In this document: one piece after another, positions 35,656-45,852 of the stretch
Numbering within the stretch: the stretch's first letter is position 1
How the letters are laid out: every line of letters starts with the position of its first letter
Notes under the pieces: model-generated
Databases searched by the model: none
Told to the model about the DNA's origin: nothing
Seen by the model: only the letters and a program-made list of their open reading frames with translations
Translations under genes and position numbers: made by a program
Origin: Deltaproteobacteria bacterium
Lineage (GTDB): Bacteria; Myxococcota; Kuafuiibacteriia; Kuafuiibacteriales; Kuafuiibacteriaceae
Reading direction: 5' to 3'
DNA length: 64,000 nucleotides
NCBI GenBank assembly: GCA_040218735.1
Contig: JAVJQW010000067.1
Coordinates: 1-64,000 of the forward strand

Positions 35656-37899
35656 TTACGGGCAACCCATCCCGGGCAGGATCACCTGGTTCGAGCCGCT
35701 CGACTCGTCGCACTCGTTGTGGTCGCCCGAGTTCGTGCCGCTGCCGTCGTCGTCGACGAGGATGTAGACGTCGCGCGGCGACATCGGCGGCGCCGGCCAG
35801 GTGGCGATGACGAATTCCCCCTCCCCGGGCGCCAGCGCCACCGACGTGGACCCCACCGCGAACGCGGGGTTCGAGGGGGCCGGCGCGCCGTCGTAGAACG
35901 CGACGCTCGTGAGCGGCGGAAGCTGAAGCGCGCCCCGGTTCTCGACCCACACGCCGAGCTGGTTGTTCGCGGGGCACTGCTTGATCGCGAGGGGCCCGTC
36001 CGCCACAGCGTCAGGCGCGGCGAGCGCGACGGAGCCACCGGTGCCCTGCAGGTTCGTGCGGTAGGTGTTGTAGATCAGCCAGCTCGACAGCTGCGGGTAC
36101 GGGACCGTGCCGGCGAGGTCGATGTTGGTGATGTGGTACGCGTGCTGGTTCCAGATCGTGCGCGTGGGCACCCAGTTGTCCTGCACGTCGCCGAAGACCC
36201 GCAGCCCGTTCCCCACCACGCTGCGCCCGAAGTTGTTCGCGCCGACGATGATCTCCGCGTTGCCGTCCCGGTCGACGTCCGCGATCACCGGGTACTCGTG
36301 CGCGGTCAGCGTCGGGTTCGGCGTGGACCACACCACCGCGGCGCTCGCCGTGCCGACGTACGAGTACACGAACAGGGTGTTCTCGTCGTTGTAGACGATC
36401 TCGGCCTGCCCATCGCCGTCGAAGTCGAACACCGACGAACCCGTGCGTGACGACGAGAACTCCTGGATCTCGTTCGACCACACCATCGCGCCGTTCGAGG
36501 CGTCGTACACCGTGTAACGCGTGCGCCCTGCGACACCGATCTCCGGCTCCGGATCCGCGTCGAAGTTCGCGACCGTCGGCGGACCGCCGGCGCCACCGCC
36601 CCGCACCGGGACGCGCCAAAGCTCGTCGCCGTTGGTGTCGATGCCGAAGACCTCACCCTGGGCGACCATCACGAACTCGGGCCGCAGGTCGGCGTCGATC
36701 TGAATCGCCGCCGTGAAGCCGTCCGGGCGCGAGGGGACGTCCCAGAAGATCGTGCCGTTCGCACGGTAGGCCGTCCGCCCCGCGACGACCTCGAGGGTGT
36801 TGTTGCCGTCGATGTCGACCGCAATCGACAGGCCACCGACCCCGTTGCTCCCGTGCCCTTGCGCCGCCGTCCCGCAGAAGCGCACGGCGCCGCTCGTCCC
36901 CTCCAGGACACAGCCGCCGCGGAGCACCTCGGGCCCGCCGCCGTCGAGGTCGGCGATCGCGACGCCGCCCCACAACGACTGGATCGGCCGGCACTCGGCC
37001 GTCGTGCACGCCCAGTACAGCGTGCCGTCGGAGCGCAGCGCGATGACGCCGCCGGTCCAGGCCTCCGTGACGATCTCCACGCGACCGTCACCGTCGAGGT
37101 CCGCCGCCGCGAGGTTGCCCGCGGGCGCGACGCGGCGCGCGACGCCGTCGGCGCTCCACAGCAGCGCGCCGTTGGCACCCGAGACCGCGCGGACGATCCC
37201 CGCCTGCAACTGGTGTTGCAGCGGCTGGCCCGCCGGGCCTGTGGTGTCGAAGCTGATGAAGACGACATCCGGGATGTCGTTGTCGTCCACGAGGTTGTCG
37301 CCGTTATCGTCCGTGAGGTTCACGACGATCGGCGTGCTCATCACCTGATCCTTGTTCGGTTCGACGGAGCCGGCGTTGGTCGTCCACGTCCACTCCGTCG
37401 TCGGCGAGAAGACCCGCGGCGGCGGCGTGTACGTGCAGTTCGGATCGCTGGGGCCGCCGCTGCGCGTGGTGGTCGGCGGGTCGCAGGCGTCGCCCATCCC
37501 GTCGAGGTCGCGGTCGAGCTGGTTCGGGTTCGCGACGTCGATGCAGTTGTCCTCGTCGTCGGGCACGCCGTCGCCGTCGCGATCGTTGTTGCCTGCGTCG
37601 CGGTCGCCGCCGTCGCGCATCATCATCGCGCCACCGTCGCGGTCACCGCCGTCGCGCATCGTGGTGTCGCCGCCGTCGCGCGGGCCGCCGTCGCGGATGA
37701 CGGAGCCGCCGTCGCGTGTGCCCGCGTCGGGGGTCCCGCCGTCGGGGGCTGCGCTCGGGTCGTAGCAGTCCCCGGAGACGCAGACGTTTTCACCGGGGCA
37801 GTCGCTGTCGACCTGGCAGGGGCCGGCGGGGGCTTCGCCGCAGTCGCAGCCGGCGAGCGCCCACACGAGCAGCACCGAGAAGGTACGCACACGTCTCAT
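35656..37899 (-). CDS. FG-GAP/VCBS beta-propeller lipoprotein with TSP3 repeat and CARDB-like C-terminus
   Basis: Lipobox LAGC; RDGG repeats; DxDGDG repeats; WNQHAYHITN. Confidence 0.85.
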   Translation of the reverse strand: MRRVRTFSVLLVWALAGCDCGEAPAGPCQVDSDCPGENVCVSGDCYDPSAAPDGGTPDAGTRDGGSVIRDGGPRDGGDTTMRDGGDRDGGAMMMRDGGDRDAGNNDRDGDGVPDDEDNCIDVANPNQLDRDLDGMGDACDPPTTTRSGGPSDPNCTYTPPPRVFSPTTEWTWTTNAGSVEPNKDQVMSTPIVVNLTDDNGDNLVDDNDIPDVVFISFDTTGPAGQPLQHQLQAGIVRAVSGANGALLWSADGVARRVAPAGNLAAADLDGDGRVEIVTEAWTGGVIALRSDGTLYWACTTAECRPIQSLWGGVAIADLDGGGPEVLRGGCVLEGTSGAVRFCGTAAQGHGSNGVGGLSIAVDIDGNNTLEVVAGRTAYRANGTIFWDVPSRPDGFTAAIQIDADLRPEFVMVAQGEVFGIDTNGDELWRVPVRGGGAGGPPTVANFDADPEPEIGVAGRTRYTVYDASNGAMVWSNEIQEFSSSRTGSSVFDFDGDGQAEIVYNDENTLFVYSYVGTASAAVVWSTPNPTLTAHEYPVIADVDRDGNAEIIVGANNFGRSVVGNGLRVFGDVQDNWVPTRTIWNQHAYHITNIDLAGTVPYPQLSSWLIYNTYRTNLQGTGGSVALAAPDAVADGPLAIKQCPANNQLGVWVENRGALQLPPLTSVAFYDGAPAPSNPAFAVGSTSVALAPGEGEFVIATWPAPPMSPRDVYILVDDDGSGTNSGDHNECDESSGSNQVILPGMGCP

Positions 37900-37960
37900 G
37901 TTTCTGCCCATACACGACCTGAGCGTCCCTGACAGCGGTCGATGAACCGACGAACGCGGC

Positions 37961-39652
37961 TCAGGTGTGGCGGGAGGGGCCTCCGAGGACCGGCTGGAGG
38001 ATGGCCGATATCCCCATGACCGCCCCGCAGCCGATCACGTTGTACCAGAGGAACCCGAGGGACGACCCGAGGAACAGCCCCACGACGATGACCTGGGCGA
38101 TGAGGGCCGCGACGAACACCGGGGTCGCGGTGACACGCTTCAGGAAGAACGCGACGAGGAACAGCCCGAGCACGGTCCCATAGAAGATCGACCCCAGGAT
38201 GTTCACGGCCTCGATCAGGTTGTCGAGGAGCGACGCAAAACTCGCGAAGGCGAGCGCGACCCCGCCCCACATCATCGTAAACAGCTTCGACGCCCGCAGC
38301 GCGTGGGCGTCGGACGCGTCGCGCTTGAAGATGCGTCGGTAGAGATCGATCGTCGTCGTCGACCCGAGCGCGTTGAGCTCGCTCGCCGTGCTGCTCATCG
38401 CCGCGGAGAGGATCACCGCCACCAGCAGCCCGACCAGCCCGACCGGCAGGTACTCGAGGACGAACGCGATGAACACGTAGTCGGCGTCCTTCGTCTCGGC
38501 TTCGGGGAGCGCCTCCGCCACGACCCGCTTCGCTTCGGCGCGCACCTCGGACAGCTCGGCACCGGCGGCGGCGAGCGCGGCCTTCTTGTCATCGACCGGG
38601 CCGCCCTCGTCGAGCGCCGCGACGTACCGCTCGGCGGCGACGCGCTGCACCTCGAAGGCGGCGTCGTACCGGGACTGGACGGTGGCCATCTGCTCCGCCC
38701 GCTCCGTCTCGTACACCGCCGCGAGCGTGGGCTCGTTGAAGAACACGGGCGGCTTCACGAAGACGTAGAACACGAACACGAGCACACCCGTGAACAGGAT
38801 CAGCGCCTGCATCGGGATCTTGAACATCCCGTTGAACAGGAGCCCGAGGCGGCTCTCCGTCACCGATCGCCCCGTGAGGTAGCGCTGCACCTGCGACTGG
38901 TCCGTGCCGAAGTACGACAGCGCGAGGAAGAAGCCGCCCGTGATCCCCGACCAGAAGCTGTAGCGATTCTCGAAGTCGAAGGAGAAGTCGACGACGTTCA
39001 TGCGCCCGAGCGCACCGGCGACCTTGACCGCGTTGGGCAGCGAGACGGTGTCCGAGAGGCGATGCCCGATCACGATTGCGGCGATCACCATGCCCGTCAT
39101 CATGACGACCATCTGGTGCTTCTGGGTCTGGCTGACCATCTTGGTCCCGCCCGACACCGTGTAGACGATCACCACGAGGCCGATCCCGAGGATCGTGAGC
39201 CGCAGCGACCATCCGAGGATCGAGCTCAGGATGATCGCCGGCGCGTAGATCGTGATCCCCGCGGCGAGCCCGCGCTGCACGAGGAACAGGATCGCGCCGA
39301 GGTAGCGGACCTTCGCGTCGAAGCGCCGCTCCAGGTACTCGTACGCGGTGTAGACCTTCAGCCTGTAGTAGATCGGGATGAAGACCGCGCTGATGACGAT
39401 CATCGCGAGCGGCAGCCCGAAGTAGAACTGCACGAAGCGCATCCCGTCTTCGTAGGCCTGGCCCGGCGTCGACAGGAACGTAATCGCGCTCGCCTGCGTC
39501 GCCATCACCGACAGCCCGATCGTCGGCCACGTCAGCGAGTTGCCGCCCTTCAGGTACCCGTCGATGTCCTTCGTGCCGCGGGTGCGCCACGCGCCGTAGC
39601 CGAGGATCGCGAGGATCGTCCCCACCAGCACACACCAGTCGAGCGTCGTCAC
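37961..39652 (-). CDS. Sodium:solute symporter (SSS family)
   Basis: GLSVMATQASAITFLSTPG, TAYEYLERRF, YFGTDQSQVQRYL, ILSAAMSS. Confidence 0.93.
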   Translation of the reverse strand: MTTLDWCVLVGTILAILGYGAWRTRGTKDIDGYLKGGNSLTWPTIGLSVMATQASAITFLSTPGQAYEDGMRFVQFYFGLPLAMIVISAVFIPIYYRLKVYTAYEYLERRFDAKVRYLGAILFLVQRGLAAGITIYAPAIILSSILGWSLRLTILGIGLVVIVYTVSGGTKMVSQTQKHQMVVMMTGMVIAAIVIGHRLSDTVSLPNAVKVAGALGRMNVVDFSFDFENRYSFWSGITGGFFLALSYFGTDQSQVQRYLTGRSVTESRLGLLFNGMFKIPMQALILFTGVLVFVFYVFVKPPVFFNEPTLAAVYETERAEQMATVQSRYDAAFEVQRVAAERYVAALDEGGPVDDKKAALAAAGAELSEVRAEAKRVVAEALPEAETKDADYVFIAFVLEYLPVGLVGLLVAVILSAAMSSTASELNALGSTTTIDLYRRIFKRDASDAHALRASKLFTMMWGGVALAFASFASLLDNLIEAVNILGSIFYGTVLGLFLVAFFLKRVTATPVFVAALIAQVIVVGLFLGSSLGFLWYNVIGCGAVMGISAILQPVLGGPSRHT

Positions 39653-39807
39653 GAGGCCCACCACGTGACGACCGCGAACCCGGCGACGAGGAGCGCGAGC
39701 TGCAGGACGAGGACGAGGTACACGTTCCGCCAGCGCCCGAGGATGGGCGGCGGCGCCTCGGGCGCGTCCTGTTCGCCCGGACCGCTCTGGGGATCGGCCT
39801 CCGTCAC
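39649..39807 (-). CDS. Small single-TM protein (symporter companion)
   Basis: 52 aa containing PPPILGRWRNVYLVLVLQLALLVAGFAVVTWW; GTGA overlaps on both sides. Confidence 0.7.
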   Translation of the reverse strand: MTEADPQSGPGEQDAPEAPPPILGRWRNVYLVLVLQLALLVAGFAVVTWWAS

Positions 39808-42290
39808 GGCGCGCCGAGCCCCACGAGGTTCACGAGCAGCCGGTACGCGCCGGGCACCCCCGCCGGGAGCTGCCGGAAGAACGAGACACCCGTGTACACA
39901 AACGTGCCCTTGCCGTGCTTCGCGACGAGGAGCGCCCCTCGTAGCGGCGCCTCGCCCGCGTCGTTCATCTCGAGGAGCGGCCGATAACGTTCGTCCCAGG
40001 TCTTGGCGAAGTACAGCCCACGCTCCTGAACCCAGCCCGTGAAGTCGGCGGCGGTGATCACGTTCGGGCTCGAGAAGAGGCGGTGCGCGGGGTCGACCAG
40101 CGTGACGGGCGCGTTCTCGTCCGTCACACGCTCGCGATCGATCTGGAACGGGAACGGCCCGACCGGGTCCGTGAGCGTCGTCCACCGGTTGCTCGTGTTG
40201 TACTGCGCGACGAGTGTTCCGCCCGCGGCGACCCACTTCATCAGCGCGTCGTGCGCGGGCGCCAGATCCCTGCGGACGTTGAACGCCCGGACGCCGATCA
40301 CGATCGCACCGTACCGCTCCAGCGCGCCGCGCCGGAGGGACTCTGCGTCGATCTCCTCGACCTCCAGGCCTACGCTCCTCAGGTCATCCGCGACGGTGTC
40401 CCCCGAACCCGGCAGGTAACCGACGCGGACCGACGGGAGCCGCAGCTGCAGCGGCACCAGCCGAAGCTCGGCGACCTGCAAGACAGCTTGCACCGGGATG
40501 TGGTTGTGGTCGATCAGGTCGTAGCGGATCGACGAAGCGCGTCCGGCGACCGTCGCCGTCGGCCGAACCACCGTCGGCTCGGCCCCCTTCGGCGCCGTCA
40601 CCGAGAAGGCCAGCACCTGCTCCGCCCCGGCCTTCACGAACCGCACCTCGTGGGCGGCGGGTGTGACCTTCCACCCCTTCGGAACGGGGAGCGCGATCCG
40701 CGCCGCGACACCGTCCACCGCGGCGCGCGCGGTGATGCGGACGGTGCGCGCCTCCCCGTTCGGGAGCATCGCGTGCGCAGCGAGCGGCGTGACGGTGACC
40801 GGGGGGAGGATCAGGAATCGACGCTCGCGTTCGCCGAGGACCCGATCCGTCGTCACGTGCACCACGGGCCGCGTCAGCGCGAACCGCGAGGCGCCGCTCG
40901 ACAACACGATCCGTACGGTGCGCGCGGGCGGGCCTTCGGGTTCGCCGACCCGCTCGGGGGCCGCCTCGTAGCGGCCGCTCCCGGGGGGCGCGGTGAGCCA
41001 ATACGGGGACGACGGTGCCGCGTCGGTCGGAATGCGCAGCGTCTTCTCGAGCCTCTGCACTGCGTTGGTCTCGAGCACCTTCTTGTCGGGCTCGGGGGAG
41101 TCGCCCCAGTCGATCGATTCGAGCGCGATCTTCGCGGGGCGTCGCTTCACGATTTCGATTTCGACGGCGACCGAGGAGCCCGGCGTCGCCTCCGCACGCT
41201 CGGCGACGGCGCGGACGTACAACCCGGCGGCGTCGGCGATCATCTCCGCGGTCCGGTCGCGTGCGTCGAGCACCCGCGGCACCGGCTGCTTCGCCGCGAG
41301 CCGGTCGAGCGCCGCGAAGGCGGCGAGGAGGCCCGGGAGTGCATCTTCCGGGCGGTCCGAGCGGTACGCCCGACGCGCGCGTTCGAGCGAGGTCCGCACT
41401 TTCGTCGCTCCGCGAATGCGACGCCAGCTCGTGTCGATCCCTTCGAAGAGGTCCTTGTCGGGGCGACGCCCCGCGATCGGTTCGAAGTACTCCCAGATCG
41501 GACCACGCACCCCGGCCGACCCAAAGCCCTGGCTCTTGTGCATGCTTCGGCTCGCCGCCGCGAGCTCTCCGTAGGACTGACCGAGGCGCGGGTCGTACGC
41601 GCCAACGTCGAGCGCGAGGTAGGCGTCGAGCCCGTCGTCGTCGTCGCGTCCCCAGCGCGGGACGTTCAGGAGCAACCGCTGGGCGCGCCACGTCTGGCCC
41701 CCACGTTCGAGCTGCTCCGGGAATCGCTTCGGATCCGCGGCCGCCTCGAAGGCCTCGTGCGCGAGGATCGCCGACGCGGTGTGGTGTCCGTGGTTGGGCG
41801 GAGACTCGGTGAAGCGCGTGATGACGACGTCGGGTCTAAACGACCGGATGACCCACACGACGTCCGCGAGGATCGCGTCGTGGCCCCATGTCGCGAACGT
41901 CTCCTCGGCGGTCTTGGAGTAGCCGAAGTCGCGCGCACGTGTGAAGCGCTGTTCGGCGCCGTCGATCCGCCGCGCCGCGAGCAGCTCCTGCGTTCGGATG
42001 ACACCGAGCAGCGCGGCCTGCTCCGACCCGATCAGGTTCTGACCGCCGCCCCCGCGCGTCATGGACAGGTAGGCGACCTGGAGGTGCTTCGCGTTGGCGA
42101 GGTATCCGAGGAGGCGCGTGTTCTCGTCGTCGGGGTGCGCCGCGACGTAGAGGACACGCCCCGTGTTCAAGAGCCGCTCGATCGCGACCTGCTGAGCCCC
42201 CGTGTGCATGACCTCCGCGCCCTCCGCTTCGTGCACGACCGCTCCGAACACGAGGCTCGAAGTCATCGATAGCGTCCACCAGCCCTTCAT
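39804..42290 (-). CDS. Probably exported PIG-L/LmbE-family deacetylase with NEW3-like Ig domain and GATase-like C-terminus
   Basis: Signal-like N-terminus; AAHPDDE, RTQEL..ARRIDG, DFGYSK, HGHH; C-terminal VGYLPGSGD...FFRQLPAGVPGAYRLLVN. Confidence 0.88.
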   Translation of the reverse strand: MKGWWTLSMTSSLVFGAVVHEAEGAEVMHTGAQQVAIERLLNTGRVLYVAAHPDDENTRLLGYLANAKHLQVAYLSMTRGGGGQNLIGSEQAALLGVIRTQELLAARRIDGAEQRFTRARDFGYSKTAEETFATWGHDAILADVVWVIRSFRPDVVITRFTESPPNHGHHTASAILAHEAFEAAADPKRFPEQLERGGQTWRAQRLLLNVPRWGRDDDDGLDAYLALDVGAYDPRLGQSYGELAAASRSMHKSQGFGSAGVRGPIWEYFEPIAGRRPDKDLFEGIDTSWRRIRGATKVRTSLERARRAYRSDRPEDALPGLLAAFAALDRLAAKQPVPRVLDARDRTAEMIADAAGLYVRAVAERAEATPGSSVAVEIEIVKRRPAKIALESIDWGDSPEPDKKVLETNAVQRLEKTLRIPTDAAPSSPYWLTAPPGSGRYEAAPERVGEPEGPPARTVRIVLSSGASRFALTRPVVHVTTDRVLGERERRFLILPPVTVTPLAAHAMLPNGEARTVRITARAAVDGVAARIALPVPKGWKVTPAAHEVRFVKAGAEQVLAFSVTAPKGAEPTVVRPTATVAGRASSIRYDLIDHNHIPVQAVLQVAELRLVPLQLRLPSVRVGYLPGSGDTVADDLRSVGLEVEEIDAESLRRGALERYGAIVIGVRAFNVRRDLAPAHDALMKWVAAGGTLVAQYNTSNRWTTLTDPVGPFPFQIDRERVTDENAPVTLVDPAHRLFSSPNVITAADFTGWVQERGLYFAKTWDERYRPLLEMNDAGEAPLRGALLVAKHGKGTFVYTGVSFFRQLPAGVPGAYRLLVNLVGLGAP

Positions 42291-43450
42291 GCGCCTCCCT
42301 CCGCCGCCACGACCCGCGCGTAGTAGCGCTCGTAGCGATCGACCGCCGGCCCCACGCCGTAACGGGCTTCGACGTGTCTGCGCGCCGCGGCGCCCATCGC
42401 GATGCGGCGCCTATCGTCCGCGAGCAGCTCGTCCGCGGCGTCCGCGAGCGCCTCGACGTCGCGGTTTTCGATCAACACGCCGGTCTCTTGGTGCTGTACG
42501 ACCTCGGGGAGCCCCCCGACGGCGTACGCCAGGACCGGCAGGCCGCAGCTCGCCGCCTCGAGCGCCGCGAGCCCGAAGCTCTCCATCTCGCTCGTCAGCA
42601 GGAACAGATCGGCGTGCGCGAGGTAGCCGGCGACGTCCTCGCTCGCGCCGACGAACGCGACGTTCGCCCCGAGGCCGTGCGCCCGGACCGCCTCTTCGAC
42701 GGCGGGCCGGTCCGGGCCGTCACCGACCAGGAGCAATCGCGCGCGGCGCCGCTCCCTCAGCCGGGCGAGCACGGCGACGAGGTCCGCGGTGCGCTTCACG
42801 GGCCGAAAGTTCGAGATGTGCACGAGGACCGGCGCGCCGACGTCCGCGCCCGGCCCGAAACACACGTCGAGCTTCGAGCGGTCACGTTCGAACGGGGGCC
42901 GAAAGGCCGCGGTGTCGACGAAGTTCTCGATCACCTCCACGTGCGGAGCGTCGAGCGCGAAGGCCTCGCACGCGGCCTGCTGGAGATAACGCGACGGCGT
43001 CGTCACCCCCGCCGCGGCGCGGATCGCAAAGCCGTTCACGACGCGATCCGGCGGCGTGTTCCCGACCCGCGTGACGTCGGTGCCATGCAAAGTGATGATG
43101 ACCTTCGGCGCTCGTGCGCCGAGGACCTGCTGCGCCAGATAGGCGCTGACGGCGTGCGGCACCGCGTAGTGAGCGTGGACGAGATCGAGGCCCCTGCTCT
43201 GCGCGAGCTCGACGAGCTTCGAGGTGACCGCCAGGCCGTACAGCGGCTGCTCGAACAGCGGGTAGGCGGCCGGCGACAGCGTGTGCAGCTCGACACCCGA
43301 CTCTCGGCCGAGGCGGTGCGGCGCCTCGCTCGCGACGACGTGAACCTCGTGCCCGCGGGCCGCCATGCTCCGCGCGAGCTCGGTGGCGACGACGCCGCTG
43401 CCCCCGTACGACGAGAAGCAGACGTAGGCGATGCGCAGTCGCCGGGTCAC
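42287..43450 (-). CDS. bshA: N-acetyl-alpha-D-glucosaminyl L-malate synthase
   Basis: YGGSGVVATEL, HAHYAVPHA, TLHGTD, HISNFRPVKR, ESFGLAALEA. Confidence 0.93.
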   Translation of the reverse strand: MTRRLRIAYVCFSSYGGSGVVATELARSMAARGHEVHVVASEAPHRLGRESGVELHTLSPAAYPLFEQPLYGLAVTSKLVELAQSRGLDLVHAHYAVPHAVSAYLAQQVLGARAPKVIITLHGTDVTRVGNTPPDRVVNGFAIRAAAGVTTPSRYLQQAACEAFALDAPHVEVIENFVDTAAFRPPFERDRSKLDVCFGPGADVGAPVLVHISNFRPVKRTADLVAVLARLRERRRARLLLVGDGPDRPAVEEAVRAHGLGANVAFVGASEDVAGYLAHADLFLLTSEMESFGLAALEAASCGLPVLAYAVGGLPEVVQHQETGVLIENRDVEALADAADELLADDRRRIAMGAAARRHVEARYGVGPAVDRYERYYARVVAAEGGA

Positions 43451-44244
43451 CGACGCCCCTCGATCACAAACGCGTGCGGATAGTCGTGGCGCCGAAAGTG
43501 CGCGACCGGGTCGTCGATCCCGAGCACCTCGACGACGCGGAGGGGCTCGCCGTGGGCGACGCCGATCATGCTCCCGAAGTAGCGGTCCCGCGCGTCGAGC
43601 GCGTCGAGCGCACCGGGGGCGCCCACCAGCGTCGGCGTCGCGGGGCGTGCGACCTGACTCGCGTAGCACGCGATCGCCTCGCGTTTGCGCTCCGCCGCCT
43701 CGGTCGTGTCGACCACGAACGTCGGCGACATCGTGTGCCGCTGCGCGTAGTACAAGACCCGACGCACGCGGTGCGGCGCGAGCGCGGCGGGAGTCTCGAA
43801 CCGCGCGACGTGGGCGAAGAACAGCGCCTTGGTGAGGAGCTCACTGGCCGCGGAGTGGTCCGGGTGTCGAGCCTCGCTCCAGGGGATGAGGACGAGCTCC
43901 GGCTTCAGGCGGCGGATCGCCTCCACGACGCGCACGACCTGCGACCGGGCGAGGCGAGCGGGCGCTTCGAGGTCGTGTCCGGACCACGGCGACAGCCACG
44001 TGTCGGGGAGGCCGAGGTTTTCGCGCACGGAGAGCCCGAGCACCTTCGCCGCCGCTGCGGCCTCGGCGCGTCGGGTGGCGACGTCGCCGTTGGACGCGCG
44101 CTCGCCCTCCGTGAGATCGAGGACCGCGGTGGTGTGCCCGAGGTCCGCCATGCGGATGAGGATGCCGCCGCAGAACAGCTCGACGTCGTCCGGGTGGGGT
44201 CCGATCGCGAGGAGATCGACGCCGCCGTCCGTCCTCGAGGTCAC
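43447..44244 (-). CDS. bshB1: Bacillithiol biosynthesis deacetylase
   Basis: GPHPDDVEL, DLTEGE, RENLGLPD, RHPDH, YASQ. Confidence 0.9.
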   Translation of the reverse strand: MTSRTDGGVDLLAIGPHPDDVELFCGGILIRMADLGHTTAVLDLTEGERASNGDVATRRAEAAAAAKVLGLSVRENLGLPDTWLSPWSGHDLEAPARLARSQVVRVVEAIRRLKPELVLIPWSEARHPDHSAASELLTKALFFAHVARFETPAALAPHRVRRVLYYAQRHTMSPTFVVDTTEAAERKREAIACYASQVARPATPTLVGAPGALDALDARDRYFGSMIGVAHGEPLRVVEVLGIDDPVAHFRRHDYPHAFVIEGRR

Positions 44245-45824
44245 CACGTGATCTCCTGGAGCGCGCCTTCGAAGGGGCGACAGCGCGCGAGGACATCTTC
44301 GACCACACGCTCCGCGGAGTAACGCGCGGCGAAGTAAGGCAGGCCGAAGACCCGCTCCTGCGGCGCGTCGTTCGGCTGGAGCGCCCACCGAATCCGTCGC
44401 GCGCGATCGACGCGGTCTTCGTCCTCGTGCAGGACCGCTCGCTCGTACTTGTCGGTGAAGCGTTGGATGGTCCCTTCGATCGTCGCTGCGGTCTTGGCGT
44501 GCGCGCGTTCGAGTCCGCCGAGGCCGCGCCACGCAGGCGCCGCTTCGTCGAGCGCGCTCTTCATGCGCGCGACGAGCTCGGCCTCGAGCGCTGCACGGCC
44601 CCGCCGCGTCGCACCGCCCGACGCCTTCTTCAGGAGCTCGTCCAGCGGCGCCGCGGCGTCGTCCGCCGTCAGGTTCAACGACTGGAGTGTGCGGGCGGTG
44701 CGCGTCTCGACGATCGTGAAGCGCGCGCGCGGCACGATCACCGGCATGGGGAGGTCGAACGCCTCGTAGACCGGGCCCATCTGCGCGAAGTAGTCGATCT
44801 CTCCCGGCCCGCCGACATACGCGGCTGTCGGGAACCACGTGTCCTGAAGGATGGGCCTCAGGAGCGCGCTCGTGCTGAAGGCACGCGGGTTCGACTCCAG
44901 CTCTGCGAGCAGCGTCGACGCCGTCGAACGCCCCTCCCCGCCGACGACCGTGTACACGTCCCCGTCGCGGTCGAGGCGGTGCCGCGGCCCCTCTGGGCCA
45001 TCCGGGTGGAAGAACGACAGCGGCGCTCCGGGGCGGACGTAGACCTGAGTGTCGAAGCCGAGCTCCGTGAGCCGGGCACAACGCTCGTCGAGCCCGCGCG
45101 CGATGACGTCCGCGGACGCGATCGCGCGGCGATGCACCGGCGCGGCCGCCGCGGCGAGCCCTCGGTCGCGGGGGTCGATCACCAAGAGCCCCGACGGCCC
45201 GAACAGCTCGCGGAGCCACCCCGCGAACGCATCGGGCCACGTCGCGCCGACGTGGTAGTGACGCCGGATCACATCGAGGGTGGCGGCCGCGTGCGGCAGG
45301 TTGCCGATCGTCGCCTCGAGCTCCGCGATGACCTCGTCGATCGCCGGATCGAAGCGACGGTGCGCCATCGAGATCGGCGAAGCGTCCGGCGCCTCGACGC
45401 GGAGCGGACGAGGTTCGGCGGCGCCCTGCGGGATCCACGTGGTCGCGACCTCGTCGAAGTCGTGATCCTCGGTCTGCAGCCAGAAGATCGGGACGACGGG
45501 GACGCCGCAGGCAGACTGGAGCGCGCGGGCCGCGACCACCGCCGAGGCCGCCTTGTACACGGTGTACAGCGGGCCGAGGAACAGCCCGACCTGCTGCCCC
45601 GTGAGCACCGCCGCCGCGCCGCCGCGCGCGAGCACATCGAGGTGCGCGCGGCAGGCGTCGCCGGTCGCGCTGTGGCGCTCGAGCGCCGCGAGGACGGCGT
45701 CCGGAACGCGACGTGTGGCGGCGTCCCGGACAGCGGCTTCACGATCGCTGGCCGCCCTCGCCTGGCGCTTCAGGAGGTGACCGCACCGTTCGTCGCCCGA
45801 CGTGTAAGCTTGCGAGAATCGCAT
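44241..45824 (-). CDS. bshC: Bacillithiol biosynthesis cysteine-adding enzyme
   Basis: TGQQVGLFLGPLYTVYKA, WLQTEDHDFDE, LLRPILQD, GGPGEIDYFAQ, PQER. Confidence 0.93.
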   Translation of the reverse strand: MRFSQAYTSGDERCGHLLKRQARAASDREAAVRDAATRRVPDAVLAALERHSATGDACRAHLDVLARGGAAAVLTGQQVGLFLGPLYTVYKAASAVVAARALQSACGVPVVPIFWLQTEDHDFDEVATTWIPQGAAEPRPLRVEAPDASPISMAHRRFDPAIDEVIAELEATIGNLPHAAATLDVIRRHYHVGATWPDAFAGWLRELFGPSGLLVIDPRDRGLAAAAAPVHRRAIASADVIARGLDERCARLTELGFDTQVYVRPGAPLSFFHPDGPEGPRHRLDRDGDVYTVVGGEGRSTASTLLAELESNPRAFSTSALLRPILQDTWFPTAAYVGGPGEIDYFAQMGPVYEAFDLPMPVIVPRARFTIVETRTARTLQSLNLTADDAAAPLDELLKKASGGATRRGRAALEAELVARMKSALDEAAPAWRGLGGLERAHAKTAATIEGTIQRFTDKYERAVLHEDEDRVDRARRIRWALQPNDAPQERVFGLPYFAARYSAERVVEDVLARCRPFEGALQEITW

Positions 45825-45852
45825 CGTCGGCTCGGGAGCGTCCTCGACGACC

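Noticed and set aside
45785-45794. Single ACCGTTCGTC AlgR-like box
   Set aside because: It is a lone copy inside the bshC coding sequence with no partner repeat, so likely chance.
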